In this document: positions 1 to 15,474 of the stretch, one piece after another | Numbering within the stretch: the first letter of the stretch is position 1 | Layout of the letters: every line of letters starts with the position of its first letter | Assembly: GCA_951406725.2 (NCBI GenBank) | Contig: OX597837.1 | Location: forward strand, 5,704,001 to 5,768,000 | DNA length: 64,000 nt | Direction: 5' to 3' | Source of the DNA: Octopus vulgaris | Lineage: Eukaryota | Notes under the pieces: generated by a model | The model's database searches: none | Told to the model about the DNA's origin: nothing | The model's input: the letters and a program-made list of their open reading frames with translations, nothing else | Translations under genes and position numbers: made by a program

Positions 1-172
1 TTGTGTGTTTACGTCCCCTTAACCTAGCAGTTCGGCAAAAGAAACCGATAGAATAATTACTAGGCTTAAAAAGAATAAGGCCTGGAGTCGATTTGCTCGA
101 CTAAAGGCTATGCTCCTGCATGGCCGCAGTCAAATGACTGAAACAAGTAAAAGAGTATAAGAGTAAAAAAGA
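1..172 (+). mobile_element. SINE family A, 3' part
   Basis: Matches the 3' half of the copies at 32447-32862 and 42325-42735 (...gcatggccgcagtcaaatgactgaaacaagtaaaagag). Confidence 0.85.
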
Positions 173-534
173 GTTGGATCAAACCCAAAGCCGTGGGTCT
201 CTGGTTTGTTACTTTACGTCCCAACGCAGATCTGTGGCATTTGTCAGTTACACACCACTCCAGATCATAATGATATGAATTAAAATTTGAAATTTACTGT
301 AGCAAGCTGCCAAGATTTCAACTGCTTCTTCGCTAATCTTCCAAAGCTTTATGATCTACTATATGACTGATGTTCTGACTACGGGCTGTATTTAAAGTAA
401 TATTTTTTATCAGTAATAAAATATTTTGTTATCATGAAGACTAAACGTTTGGTTTTAAAACAAGATAACAACTGGAATGCAAGAAAGCTGATGATAAATT
501 CTATTTTGGAGTTTGTAAATCGCATTGAAAGTGT

Positions 535-734
535 GGATTGTAGAAAAGTTCTTGATTTTAAGGCTAGGCAGGAGGCCCAACTTTCGAGTTCTTTTACAGG
601 GCTTAGAAAAACAGAAGGACTGGTGCAATAAGCGTGTGAATCTGAGAGGGGAATATATTGGATAAAATCCTAATTAACCTGTCGTTCTGTATTTTCTTTT
701 ATTCAAACCCAGAAACTTTCCGCACTCCCTCATG
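535..734 (+). mobile_element. Mariner-derived MITE, degraded
   Basis: Similar to 1155-1359. TIR-like ends gaaaagttc / gaaactttc; internal gtgtgaatctgagaggggaatat resembles the mariner C-terminus CVNLRGEYVE. Confidence 0.6.
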
Positions 735-737
735 TAT

Positions 738-780
<43 letters not shown>

Positions 781-782
781 AA

Positions 783-1100
783 GGAGCACTCCGTCGGTTA
801 CGACGACGAGGGTCCCAGCTGATACGATCAACAGAACAGCCTGCTCGTGAAATTAACGTGCAAGTGGCTGAGCACTCCACAGACACGTGTACCCTTAACG
901 TAGTTCTCAGGGAGATTCAGCGTGACACAGTGTGACAAGGCCGGATCTTTGAAATACAGGTACAACTCATTTTTGCCAGCTGAGTGGACTGGAGCAACAT
1001 GAAATAAAGTGTCTTGCTCAAGGACACAACCCGTCGCTTGGAATCGAACTCACGACCTTACAATCGTGAGCCGAATGTCCTAACCACTAATCCACGCGCT
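783..1100 (-). mobile_element. tRNA-headed SINE (head F + tail X)
   Basis: Minus strand has A/B-box-like tagtggttagg...gagttcgattcc, then gtgtccttgagcaagacacttta; the 3' ~190 bp match the tail of 25347-25729. Confidence 0.85.
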
Positions 1101-1154
1101 TTCTATATATATATATATACACACACACACACCTGCACACACACACGCACACAC

Positions 1155-1359
1155 TAGTGGAGAATTGAAAAGTTCCTGGCTTTAAGAGTATTGCAAAAGG
1201 CCTGGTTTGAGACCCAACCTTCCAAGTTATTTTAAAACGCTTAGAATAAACGGGAAGACCACAGCAATAAGGGTGTTAATCTCAGGGCGGAATATGTTGA
1301 ATAAAATCATAACTATTTTATTTTACCCAATGCTGGGAACTTTCCACCACTACCTCATA
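1155..1359 (+). mobile_element. Mariner-derived MITE
   Basis: Imperfect TIRs gaaaagttcctggc / gctgggaactttcc; internal remnant encodes VNLRAEYVE*, like a mariner C-terminus. Confidence 0.65.
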
Positions 1360-1389
1360 TAGTGTTTCATCGTTCTGGGTATTTATCTA

Positions 1390-1520
1390 AGGTTGAGAAC
1401 TACATTTAAGGTACGCATGTCAGTGAAGTACTCAGTGAATTGTACGGTAATTTTACGAGCAGAATGTTCTGTTAATCGGGTAAATAAGAAACTTCGGCTT
1501 CGCAACCGACGGTGTGCCGT
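1390..1520 (+). mobile_element. SINE tail X fragment, diverged
   Basis: gagaactac...caaccgacggtgtgcc aligns to 25600-25725. Confidence 0.65.
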
Positions 1521-1586
1521 ATTTTTGGATACTCAAATGGCCCCAGTTTCTCGAAGCTGGCTGGTTTCGAAACACTACCGACTACC

Positions 1587-1816
1587 TATTTCTTTATTAC
1601 CCACAAGGGGCTAAACACAGAGGGGACAAACAAGGACAGACATAGGTATTAAGTCGATTAGATCGACCCCAGTGCATAACTGGTACTTAATTTATCGACC
1701 CCGAAAGGATGAAAGGCAAAGTCGACCTCGGCGGAATTTGAACTCACAACGTAACGACAAACGAAATATCGCTAACCATTTCGCCCGGCGTGCTAACGTT
1801 TCTGCCAGCTCGCCGC
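1587..1816 (-). mobile_element. SINE family C, full length
   Basis: Reverse complement of the 56249-56480 copy; accgactacc is repeated on both flanks (probable TSD). Confidence 0.9.
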
Positions 1817-2505
1817 AACACCGACTACCGCAACACCGACCGTCTGACATGCCTTTCTACCTTGCCACTAGCCTCGGTGACTATTCCTTTCTCCACAAAA
1901 TGTTGACCCTCTGGAATCTGCTCCCTACTCATTATATTTTTTTCCTGTTTAAAGTGATTCAGATCAACTTGATCTGAATGGTTTTAAACGGAAAAAAATC
2001 AACGGCATTTAAATTCACTACTCACAGAGAATATACAAAGGTCAAGGCCACTGCCCCATCACTTCCTCCATAACCAACAAATAAAACCAAAAAATACCAA
2101 CAAAAATAAAACAAAAAATAAAATAAAAAAAAAACAACGGAGTTTTACGAACAAATATTTGTTCCTCGTCGATTTCAAACCTCCTTTGTAATCTCACCGT
2201 CAGAAATAGATTGCAACCCGTGTTTTGCTCATTAGAGATCCGTAATCAAAGGCGATATTGTTCACAATTCGCGATCTAAAATATAATAAATAAACAAATA
2301 AAGCGCGATACTGCCTCATAATAGTTGAAGTAATTACATCAGACTGCTATAGTTCATTGTGGTAAGCTAATATTTAAAAATAACATAATGGTACAGTTTA
2401 TCGTTGCGAGTTTAATTAGGTGCAACTCTGTGATGAAGTCCATTGTAATGTTAATATATGAAATGTTGCGTCACGAGTCGAGTATTTTTGTTTATTGGTC
2501 TCCGT

Positions 2506-2507
2506 CA

Positions 2508-2540
<33 letters not shown>

Positions 2541-2666
2541 GTACTCTTCCTCTCTCATTCATTCTCTGCAGTTCTCTTTCTCTCTCTCACTCACATATAC
2601 GAACTGTGTGTTGTGTGCACGCGCGTGTGCGTGTGTGTGTGCGTATGTATGTGTGTGTGTGTGTGA
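2506..2666. repeat. (CT)n/(GT)n compound microsatellite
   Basis: Seen directly. Confidence 0.9.
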
Positions 2667-3499
2667 GTGTTTCTCTGGAAAGAGAAAAAAGTGATTGTAT
2701 TGAATGTGTTGGTAGAGAAAGAAAGAAAGAATATATTCAAAGTGCATTAAATGGATAAGCAGTTAGGTGAGGGCTTGGAAGAGTGAAAGTTAGAGAGATA
2801 GCTAGAGAGATATCTACCTACAGAGCTAGGTAGATAGATAGATAGACAGAGAGAGAGAGAGAGAGGGGGTGGAAAGTGGGAGGAAGAAATAAACAGCAGT
2901 CACTAAGTCTCAGAAAATGCGAAGTGAAATACTGGGGGAAAAGACCGCAGGGAATAAAAAATCGAGAGAAGAAATAATAAGGGAAAGGTGAATGAAGGAA
3001 GGGAAAAAGAAAGAGGGGGAACGGTCAATAATTGAAGGGTGCGATCAGAGAGATGACGTGATAAAATAATAGAGGTAGACAGCATATAGCAAGTGAACAA
3101 AAAGCGGGAACGACGGACAAGGAAAGAGAGAGCAGGAACAAGAAAGTCATTTGTGATGGCGACATGGAAAAGGTGGGAGGTTGTGAAATAAAGATAAGAA
3201 TTAAAGGTTGATCTTAGATGCGAGGAGAAAAAAGCGATAAAAGGATCTATGGGTGTCTGTAAGTGTGGATAGCATGTAGACTTCTAGCCCAATTTTTTGT
3301 ATATATTTGTAAGAGGTTTATAGCCTCTAAATATGTTGTTTTTAACGAACAATGATTTAGAGAAGCAGGGAGGCGGTGGGCGCTTTCTGCCTTCTCCCAT
3401 CTTTATCATCTTGTATTGCTATCATTGGCCTCATGAATGTCTTGTCCAGCCCGCAAACCTACGTATCTGTGTACCTCCATTATTGCAAATGATATAAAA

Positions 3500-3628
3500 T
3501 AATGTAGTTTTGGGGTATAGCTTCTACGTTTTTGTTCATATGTTCTTATTTTAATCATGCTTAATGCTCCAATTATTACTGGTATTGTTTTCTCCTTAAT
3601 GCCCAACATCTTCACAACTTCAATTGAA

Positions 3629-3630
<2 letters not shown>
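3500..3630 (-). mobile_element. R4/Dong-type LINE 3' ORF fragment
   Basis: Encodes IEVVKMLGIKEKTIPVIIGALSMIK, homologous to 3816-4199 and 53061-53203; abuts (TAA)n. Confidence 0.65.
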
Positions 3631-3688
<58 letters not shown>

Positions 3689-3689
3689 C

Positions 3690-3727
<38 letters not shown>

Positions 3728-3728
3728 C

Positions 3729-4197
3729 ATTGTTATTTTTTTAATCTGCATGTTTGTTACAATGACTTGCTGAAACACACCCTGCGTCCTAGGGCGAGTG
3801 AAGGTTTAAGAGATGTTACAGTATGACTGGGGAAGAGGCAGGGTAGTAGAGAAGCAGCTTCACATAATACAACTCAGACATTGAAATTGATAGGGTTTTT
3901 CTACGGATGTGGGCAGTACTTGTCATCACAATCTTTTGGATTTCTCTGAGATATGGTTCTCCTGGGATGTTGTCTAGTTGTTTCTGATATCCCTTTATTA
4001 TCATACCGAAGGCACCTACAATAAGAGGAACAGCTCTTGCTTTAAGATGCCACATCTTTTTTTATTTTAATTTCCAGTTGCATACATTTACTTAATTTGT
4101 CAAATTCCTTTACAGATATATTTTTATCAGTGGGAAAACTTACATCTATTAGTCGACAAGTATTTTATTCCGTGTCTTTAATAATTAAGTCTGGTCG

Positions 4198-4199
<2 letters not shown>
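3729..4199 (-). mobile_element. 5'-truncated R4/Dong-clade non-LTR retrotransposon (restriction-like endonuclease C-terminus and 3' UTR)
   Basis: RPDLIIKD...LIDVSFPTDKNISVKEFDKLSKY (PD-D-K motif), then WHLKARAVPLIVGAFGMI...IPGEPYLREIQKIVMTSTAHI; flanked by trinucleotide repeats. Clade assigned by motif recall. Confidence 0.8.
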
Positions 4200-4660
<461 letters not shown>

Positions 4661-4915
4661 GGTAGGTGTAGTAGGTGAATGGTTACAACAGACTGACAGA
4701 GTCGATAGTAGTAAGTTTAAGTTACTTTTACTGATATCATCAAGAAATATGTTTAGTACATTTGTTAAATTTAAGAGATACTGCTGATGTGATTTAAGAG
4801 AAATTTCGCTATGATACCCCGAGCGAAGTTGGACCGTGGGTAAACGACAACAACAATAACAAGAACATCGTATATTTACATATATGAACACATATATACC
4901 TCTACACATATATAC

Positions 4916-7030
<2,115 letters not shown>

Positions 7031-7346
7031 GTGTCCTCACAGTCGTATTTGCTACTCATGCTGCTTTTTTTGTTCATTGTTTTGTTTTTTTGTTTTCCTT
7101 TTCTTTTTATATTCCTCTTGCGAAACTTCGACGGACAATTGAATTAAACGTTCGCAGAGAATAAAATATCAACGATAGCAATGGCCGCCATGTCTTCATT
7201 AATTTTCTGCAATTACAAAATCTAAACACACACACAAACAGACACACACACACGCACACACGCACTTACACACACACACACACACACAAGCACATACACA
7301 CACATGTGCACACGTCGCTCTTCTTGTCTCTTTCTCATTCTTCCTG

Positions 7347-7398
<52 letters not shown>

Positions 7399-7790
7399 AC
7401 CCTCTCTGTCTCTCCTTATTGCCATTTCTGCAACACGATTCTGGAAAAACTGACAGAAAGCAATTCTTGTCGACACTCCACAAAAATAGATGTTTGCAAA
7501 TAAGATGCAACGTCAGGCGACAGAAGCATGTGAATATAAAAACTGAGTTTACACTCACACACACACATACACGCATACACACACTCACACACACAGATAT
7601 ATTTATATACTTATATATATATCAATGTGTTCATGTGTGTTTATATATATATACATATATACATATATATGTATATATACATATATACATATGTATATAC
7701 ATATATGTGATTATATATGTTTATGTTTATGTTTATATATATATATATATATACATATATATGCTTATGTATATATATGTACATACATAT

Positions 7791-7841
<51 letters not shown>

Positions 7842-7918
7842 GTTTATATGTGTGTGTTTTTGTCCGTCTCTTTCTGTAGGTACGTTATGCGGGCAGCTAT
7901 GTATATGTATAATATGCT

Positions 7919-7953
<35 letters not shown>

Positions 7954-8609
7954 ATGTTCATACATATTGTGTATGTGAACGTGTGTATGTGTATGTGTGT
8001 GTCTGTGTGTGTGTGTGTGTATTTTAAAAATCTGAAAATTCTTTCTAATTCGTTGAATTACAATTTATGCAATCTCACATGATAACATGATTAAGTTTAA
8101 ACGTTCCATGGCATACAGATTGTTATAGTGAGTGTCAGCGTTGTTTCTTCTATTAGACATTTCTCTCAGACACTCTCTTAGGCGGAATTCCTATGTAAAA
8201 GGGAACAGAGTATTCTAGAAATGCATGAATAGCTGTCCTGTTTTTCAGCAGACGACACCGACACACCTGAAATATATATGTTATGGGAGTAATGAAACAA
8301 GATTTTATTACAAACTAACTTGTTCATAACCTACAGATTCTGCAAGTAAAGATAGATTTAGTATGAGCAGTATTTATCACAGAATACTGGAATAAAGATC
8401 TAGACTTTCTCAAGAAATATAGGGCTTCGAATTTGATCCCATACGACTCTTTGTGGAATATTTGATTCCTTAGATATAAAGTGATGGTTGCATGAAAATA
8501 GTTGAAATAAAAGCTTCGAAGTGGTTTAAATACTATCTAAGAATAATATTGGCAAATAAATCTGATATATAGTGTTTTTTTGCAGTGTTATATAAATATA
8601 TATGTTCAT

Positions 8610-8960
8610 TTCTGCTTTAAGCACATGGCCCGAAAATTTAGGGGAAGAGGCCAGTCGATTAGATCAACCCCAGTAAGCAACTGGTATTTAATTTATCGAC
8701 GCCGAAAGGATAAAAGGCAAAGTCGATCTCAACGAAATTTTAACTCAGAACGTAAATACAGACGAAATATCTATTTGTTTACTACCCACAAGGGGCTAAA
8801 CACAGAGGGGACAAACAAGGACAGACAAACGGATTAAGTCGTTTATATCGACCCGAGTGCGTAACTGGTACTTCGGCGGAATTTAAACTCATAACGTAGC
8901 CGCAGACGAAATACCACTAAACATTTCGCGTGATGCATTAATGCTTCTTCCAGCTCACCG
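8610..8960 (-). mobile_element. SINE family C tandem dimer
   Basis: Two partial units joined at gacgaaatatc|tatttgtttact (~8770). Confidence 0.8.
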
Positions 8961-8994
8961 ACTCTAAAATAAACATATAAATATATATATATGC

Positions 8995-9190
8995 TATGAT
9001 AGATCGCTAGCCATTAAAGCTTTTCTATTTTCTCTCCTCGTTTATTTCTGTGTTCCTTTCTGTTGAAGAGCGTAGGCTCGAAACGTAAAAGACTGTCTCA
9101 CATCCCGAGCGTTAACCTAATACATCTGTTTGTTGTTTACACACCCGTCTTCGTCTTTAGTTTTTTTGTAAATTCTCACTAAATATAGGA
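8995..9190 (+). mobile_element. Family D: ~200-bp TA-embedded Penelope pLTR-like element with a variant hammerhead at 9056-9091
   Basis: cttt CTGTTGA a GAGC-gtag-GCTC GAAAC GTA aaag; other copies at 29.8, 35.1, 43.5, 51.0 and 60.8 kb. Confidence 0.7.
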
Positions 9191-9428
9191 TATATACCTG
9201 TGAGTGTTCGTCCATGTTTACGTATGTGTTTTTGTTTGCGTTGCAGATTCCTTTGTGTGAAGGCGTTAGTACCGTTTTTTATCTGTATTTTGCATGTATA
9301 TACATAGTTATTATGTAATGACTTGCCAGCCGTGACGAAACAGCTATATAACCATACCAAAGTGATATTCCCTGAGGTGACATTCTCTTAAGATTCGCAT
9401 ATTCCAAGGCCACGTCTCTCAATATATC

Positions 9429-9658
9429 TATTTCGTTACTACCCACAAGGGGCTAAACACGGAGAGGACAAACAAGGACTGACAAACGGATTAAGTCGAT
9501 TATATCGACCCCACTGCGTAACTAGTACTTGATTTATCGACCTCGAAAGGATCAAAGGCAAAGTTGACCTCGGCGGAATTTGAACTCAGAACGTAACGGC
9601 AGATGAAATACGGCTACGCATTTCGCCCGGCGTGCTAACGTTTCTGCCAGCTCACCGT
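9429..9658 (-). mobile_element. SINE family C
   Basis: Full unit; tctctcaatata on both flanks (TSD). Confidence 0.9.
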
Positions 9659-10139
9659 CTCTCTCAATATACCGTTCAAATTTCCATGCGTTATTATAAG
9701 AATTAAATTTGCTCTGCCTTACAAGTTGAGCAGCCTTGTAAAATTCCTTCTCCGGTTTTAATTAATCTTTTTTTATATACACAACAAAATGGGCAGATAA
9801 TACTAAAGGACATGAAGTTGGTAACCTGGAGCGAGAAACCGAACGGCAGTGGTAGAAAACGAAAATAAAGACTCATATATATATGGAAAGCGCGGATCCT
9901 TTTATAATATCAGAGAATCCGGCTGCACTGATTTATTGATATGGAGGTAATTAACCTTGTAAAGTTTATTGTTAATAATTATCGACATTTCAAATACTTC
10001 TCTCTTATGTGAAGGAATGGAGCACATAAAAACCACAAGCAGATCTAAAGAATCTGCGTTTGAACAACAATATTGCATCATAGAAGCATGGAAGTAATTA
10101 TATCTGGCGGTCATTGACATTTGAATTATATATAATTGT

Positions 10140-10178
<39 letters not shown>

Positions 10179-10199
10179 TGTGTGAGTGTATGTGTGTGA

Positions 10200-10252
<53 letters not shown>

Positions 10253-10571
10253 CATGCTAGCTGAAACAGATAAGATTTAAAAGACTGATTCTGGAAGACA
10301 TGTAAATGTACACACTTATATACAAACACACACACACGTAAGCACGCACGCACATGCAAACACACACACACACACATAAATATATACTATATATGTTTGT
10401 AAATATATATATATATTATATGTATGAATATATATATATATATATAGTTATATTAGCACGGAAAAGTTTAATCTTTGTGTGCATGTGTATATAAGTGTAT
10501 GTATCCATGTCTATAATTGAAATCTTAAATCTTCAGAAATATATACGTACACGCATTCATATACCCACAAT

Positions 10572-10603
<32 letters not shown>

Positions 10604-10744
10604 GCGCACACACACCGGCATACACACAAACACACACGAGCACATACTAGGATGGGAATGTTTAATCATAATTTTTTTTTGTTTCCAACACACACCGTCC
10701 ACTGAAAAACGCAGTAAACGATCATTTAACGCATTCATGTTGCT

Positions 10745-11025
10745 GTGAGGTCAGAGGTCACACTATAATGGATGAGAGGCATAATTCTTTAAACACAACC
10801 ACCCGCTTTAACAACACCATGTGATCTCCGGGGTGCAGGTCTTCGGGTTGGATTTAAGTTCCATTATTCTTGTAACAATCTAAATACGGTCACGTGTGCG
10901 CACCTCTTTGACGTCACAAAATCACAAAATGAGACAAAACAAGATAAACGATGAAAGTATAGAGATCCAGGAACCGGCAACAATTAAATTGCCGTAATAC
11001 GTAGATGACTGATTGATTAATATAA
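10745..11025. promoter_or_regulatory. Candidate cis-regulatory module
   Basis: Non-repetitive stretch with perfect DR1 AGGTCAgAGGTCA (10748-10760), GTCACGTG E-box (10889-10896), CRE TGACGTCA (10909-10916) and TGATTGATTAAT (11010-11021). Function is inferred only. Confidence 0.35.
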
Positions 11026-11415
11026 TTAACATCAAGTTTAAAATTCATTAACATCAAGAGCAAAAGTAGATGTTTGATTACGGAATTTACTATATTAGCG
11101 TTTCTGTAAGTTTAATTAAATCTTCTTTGTAATTAGATAAATAGTCAGATGCTCACTGAACTTGCTATCGCTGTGTTCTGATTAATTAGACCTTCTCTGT
11201 CAGTAGTTAAACAAATAGTGTTTCCTGAATTTGCTGTCGTAGAGGTCAGCGTCTTTATATGACCTTTATTGTTCTGTATTGTTCTATATATGTGATTAGA
11301 CCTTCATTAATTAAACCTCCTTTGTGTTCAGCTGAATAACCGGATGTGCACTGAAATTGCTACCGCGCAGATCTATATCTTTAATTAGACATTCGTCAAG
11401 CCTTCTTTGGAATTA

Positions 11416-11716
11416 GATTTCCTTATTGGCCACGCAGGGCTAAATACAGAAGGGACAAAATGCAAAATAGAGCTTTTCTTTTGGGGAAGAAAAGGGGAAA
11501 AAAGAGAAAAGAAAAATGGAATTCCGATCAAAAGGGATCGTGAAAAAAAAGTGGGGGGACTCCCATCAAAAGGGATCGTGAAAAAAAAGGAGGGACTCCG
11601 ATCAAAAGGGATCGTGAAAAAAAAAGTTGGGCCGATTAATAGGGATCGTGTATCACAGAAATGTCAATGTAAAAAGGGAAACCAGATTAGGTTTGTCCGT
11701 GGATAGAAAAGCCTTA
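11416..11716 (-). mobile_element. SINE-like family E with internal ~28-bp repeats
   Basis: Reverse complement of copies at 45320-45505 and 46520-46800; about four ccgatcaaaagggatcgtg units; tail gtggccaataaggaaa resembles the family C tail. Confidence 0.75.
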
Positions 11717-12644
11717 GCTAAATAGATGAATACTCACTGAATTTGCTGTTTGATTAGACTACCGCTGTAAGTAACTGAATAAATAGATGTTTACAGCTTT
11801 CTAGCTCTTTAATTGACTTTTATTGTAGCTAACTAAATAGTCGGATATGCACCAGATTTGCTATCGGAACGCCCTACTATTTCTGTTAGGCCATTACTCT
11901 AATTATCTAAAGACATAGATGGCCACTGAATTTGCTCTCGTAGCGTTCTAATTATTTAATCAGACCTTTATAGTGATCAGCTAAATAAACTGTTTCTCAC
12001 TGACTTTGCTATCATAGAGTTGTATCTGTTTAATTAGACCTTCTCCATAATTGCCTAGATAAATAAATGCTGATTTGGCTATCGTTTAATTAGATCATCT
12101 CTCTCATTATCAAATGTAGATAGACTTTCACTAAATTCGCTAATATATCTTTCTATCTGCTTAACTATGATATCTTCTGTAATTAGATGAATATTAATTT
12201 TATCAGGTAAATTCATTATGGTGTGGTTTTTTTACCTGGCACTCCATGGCCTTAAATCAGAAAACAGGTGAAATTTACTCAAATTTTAAAACAATCGTTA
12301 AGCAAATATTATAGAGGAAGGGCAGACAGAGTATAAAACCAACAGAAAACCGCCCCACGATAAAAAAATATTGTCGTATTCATTCAAATAATATCGGAAA
12401 GGGTTGAAATGAATGGAAATAAAAACAAACAACTTTATTCGATAAAAACAAACAACTTTATTAGATGGTCAATGAATTTGTTTTCATAGCTCCCGATCAG
12501 TTTAATTAGATAAACAAATGAAAGTGCAGTGAATTTGCTATGATTGTGTTCTACCTGTTTAATTAGACCTCTTCTGTAATTAGCTAAATTTCTAGATGGT
12601 TACTTAATTTGCTGTTGAGACGTTCTACCCTTCTAATTAAATGA

Positions 12645-12845
12645 GACATAGGCAACCTTCTTCGAGGGCCGCATGGGACATGACCCATCATCAGGTGGTC
12701 TGCATAATACATGGATCATCATCAGGCGGGCTGCATAATACATGGCTCATCATCAGGCGGGCCGCATCTACTAAAAATATTCAAGGTCATTTTTCTCTTA
12801 GGCGTGTCGCTCCGAAAGTCCTGTGAACCGAGGTTTGCCCCCGTA
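12645..12845. mobile_element. hAT-like MITE remnant with three ~31-bp internal repeats
   Basis: Ends cataggcaacct / aggtttgcc and internal gcgggccgcat; second copy at 13028-13165. Confidence 0.5.
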
Positions 12846-13027
12846 GCTACATTAGCTTCAATGTAAATAGTTAATTAGATCTCTGTAATTAACTATATAT
12901 ATGAACGTGCACTGAATTTACTATCATGGCGTTCTATCTGTTTAATTAGACCTCTTCTGTAATTAACTAAATAGCTTAATGTTTATTTAATTTTCTATCA
13001 AAGAGCACTGCCTTTCTAATTAAACGA

Positions 13028-13165
13028 GGCATAAGCAACCTTGTTCGAGAAACGGGGCCGCATGAAACATGGCTGATCATCACACGCACTGCAACTACAA
13101 AAATTATCCACGATAATTTTTAGGCGTGTCACTCTGAAAGTCCCCCGGGTCTCTTTTTCCTCGTA
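13028..13165. mobile_element. Second copy of the hAT-like MITE remnant (part of a ~380-bp duplication within the satellite)
   Basis: Aligns to 12645-12845, including the flanking satellite sequence. Confidence 0.5.
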
Positions 13166-13869
13166 AATGAATTTAAATTAATGTAAATAGCTCAATAGAT
13201 ATTCGAGGAATTTGCTATGATAGCATTCTACCTAAGTAATTAGAACTTCCCTGTAATTAACTAAGTGTATAGATGCTCAGCTAATTTGCTATTGTAACGT
13301 TCTATCTGTTTAATTAGACCTTTACATAAACTAGCTAAGTAATGATGATTGTCTGACTAATTAAATGTTCAATAATTTACAAGAATATTAACATTGACCA
13401 ATATTGCCATTTTCATATAGCTTAATTATTATAATTAACTTCGTAATAAAATAATTATATAGCTTTTTAATTTTCTCTATATTAAATACATTAATAGTAA
13501 TTTCCATAATATTTTAAAATCCGTTATTTGCATAAATGCAAATAATTATTTGTATAATTTATCACCGTAATTAATTATTAGAAATATGTTAATTTTACAC
13601 GTAAGCTATGTATTAGTCTGAAAGCCGGTTTCAGATAGCTTCAGAAGCGATGTTCTCCAAAGACATGCTGCTGTTCCCATCTGCCTGCGTTTGGTTTTTA
13701 TCTTTACAACAGGGTATCCTCGGATCTTATTACACAGTATAACAAATTCTTTTTTGTCTTTGGTTGGTAATTGTTATTTCCTATTTGCTTTTATCGCGAA
13801 ATCAAAAAAGAAGAAAAAGACATTACTATTCCCTTAAGACTTTTCCTCTGTGATCTGGACATCAATATT

Positions 13870-14035
13870 TGACAATCGGTGCTGGATTATTTTCTCCCCA
13901 GTAACTTAGCAGTTCGGCAATAGATATCAATATAGTAAGCACCACAATTTAAAAGATGGACTGGGGTTGATTCGTTCGACTACACTATTCACGGTGGTGC
14001 CCAAGATTGGCCCCAATCTAAATACGAAAATAAGA
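13870..14035 (+). mobile_element. SINE family A 3' fragment, diverged
   Basis: gtaacttagcagttcggcaa...ctggggttgattcgttcgact. Confidence 0.6.
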
Positions 14036-14612
14036 GCATGACAAACAGATTCTGCATGGGGCATAGAACCTCTCATGTTTATTTAATATACTTCTTCAAA
14101 TTTTCTTATAAGCATTTCAAGGACTGCGTTTTTACTGATATATAGGTATCGTAGAAGTATACAAAAATAAATGATTGGTTCTCAGACTTGAACTTACACC
14201 GAAAGCCATAAAAATACCTGAATATTTTACAGTCAAAGTAAAACTATGTGTACAACTCAAAACGTACACAAAAAAATATTTTTAAAATATATAATAACGT
14301 CAAAATCAAACACCAGAATGTACAAAACAAATGTAATTGAAGTATGGGGATTGGCCAGTTGAAAAATGATAAAACAGAATACCCATTAAGAAGAAGACCA
14401 TTCCTCTCTTGGAAAGACCATAAAGATATATTGTTAATGGAAAACTTCAGAAATGATATATTATGTACGGTGACCAACATAGGTATTGTAGAAGAAATGA
14501 AATATGAAGTTAAGAAGGGACGAGACTAAAACGCTGGGACAATAATAGAAGGCTGGTTGGTTGATTTCCCCTGTCACGCTTTACGCCATATAGAAACGTA
14601 AGAAGGGAGAGT

Positions 14613-14662
<50 letters not shown>

Positions 14663-14684
14663 AAGAGAGTATATAAGGGAGTGG

Positions 14685-15115
14685 GAGATGGTGGGCCGAT
14701 AGAGTCGTTAGCACAACGAGCGAAATGCTTTGTCATTACGTTCCGAGTTCAAATTCCACCGAGGTCCACTTTGTCGTTTATCCGTTCGTGGAGCGATGAA
14801 ATAAGAACCAGTTGAGTACTGCGGTTGACGTAAGCGACTTAACCCCTTCCCTAATCTTTCTGGCCTTGTGCCAAAATTTGAAAACAGTAAGGGTGGGGCA
14901 AAAGGTGGCGAGTTAGTAGAATCGTTAGCACATTGGACGAAATGCTTAGCGGTATTTCCTTCGTCTTCGCATTCTGAGATCGAATTCCACTACGGTCGAA
15001 TTTGCCTTTTATCATTTCGGGGACTATAAAAGACTTAGCAGTTGGATGCTGGGGTTGATGTGATCGACTGACCTCTTCCCCGAAATTGGTGGTCTCGTGC
15101 CAAAATTTGAAACCT
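14685..15115 (+). mobile_element. Two diverged SINE family C copies (short-tail variant ending gccaaaatttgaaa)
   Basis: gtcgttagcac...gagttcaaattccaccgaggtc...ggccttgtgccaaaatttg occurs twice. Confidence 0.8.
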
Positions 15116-15129
15116 ATCGCATCGGTTTT

Positions 15130-15472
15130 ATACTCTTTTACTCTTTTAAACGTTTCAGTCATTTGACAGCGGCCATGCTGGAGCACCGCCTTTAGTCAAA
15201 GAAATCGACACAGAACTTATTGTTTGTAAGCTTATTGGTCTCTTTTGCCGAACCGATACGTTTCGGGGACGTAAACATACCAGCATCGGTTGTCAAGCGA
15301 TGGTGGGGGGACAAGCACAAACACAATGACACACACACACACACACATACGATGGGCTTCTTTCAGTTTCCGTCTACTAAATCCACTCACAAGGCTTTGG
15401 TCGGCTCGAGGCTATAGTAGAAGACACTTGCCCAAGATACCAAGCAGTGAGACTGAACCCGGAACCTTGTGG
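15130..15472 (-). mobile_element. SINE family A
   Basis: Reverse complement of 32447-32862. Confidence 0.85.
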
Positions 15473-15474
15473 TA

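Larger units (their letters stand above)
11065..13345. repeat. Diverged ~74-bp tandem satellite interrupted by insertions
   Basis: Recurring cactgaatttgctatc...gttctatctgtttaattagacct...ctgtaattagctaaatag; adjacent units at ~11850, 11924 and 11998. Confidence 0.85.

Noticed and set aside
8100-8560. CR1/L2-like RT relic (KWFKYYL)
   Set aside because: Too degraded to support by eye; the same applies to possible RT or mariner traces at 16520-16850, 30340-30690 and 40280-40460.
11065-13345. CRISPR-like periodicity
   Set aside because: The whole unit is homologous between copies, with no unique spacers and no cas genes, in a eukaryotic context.
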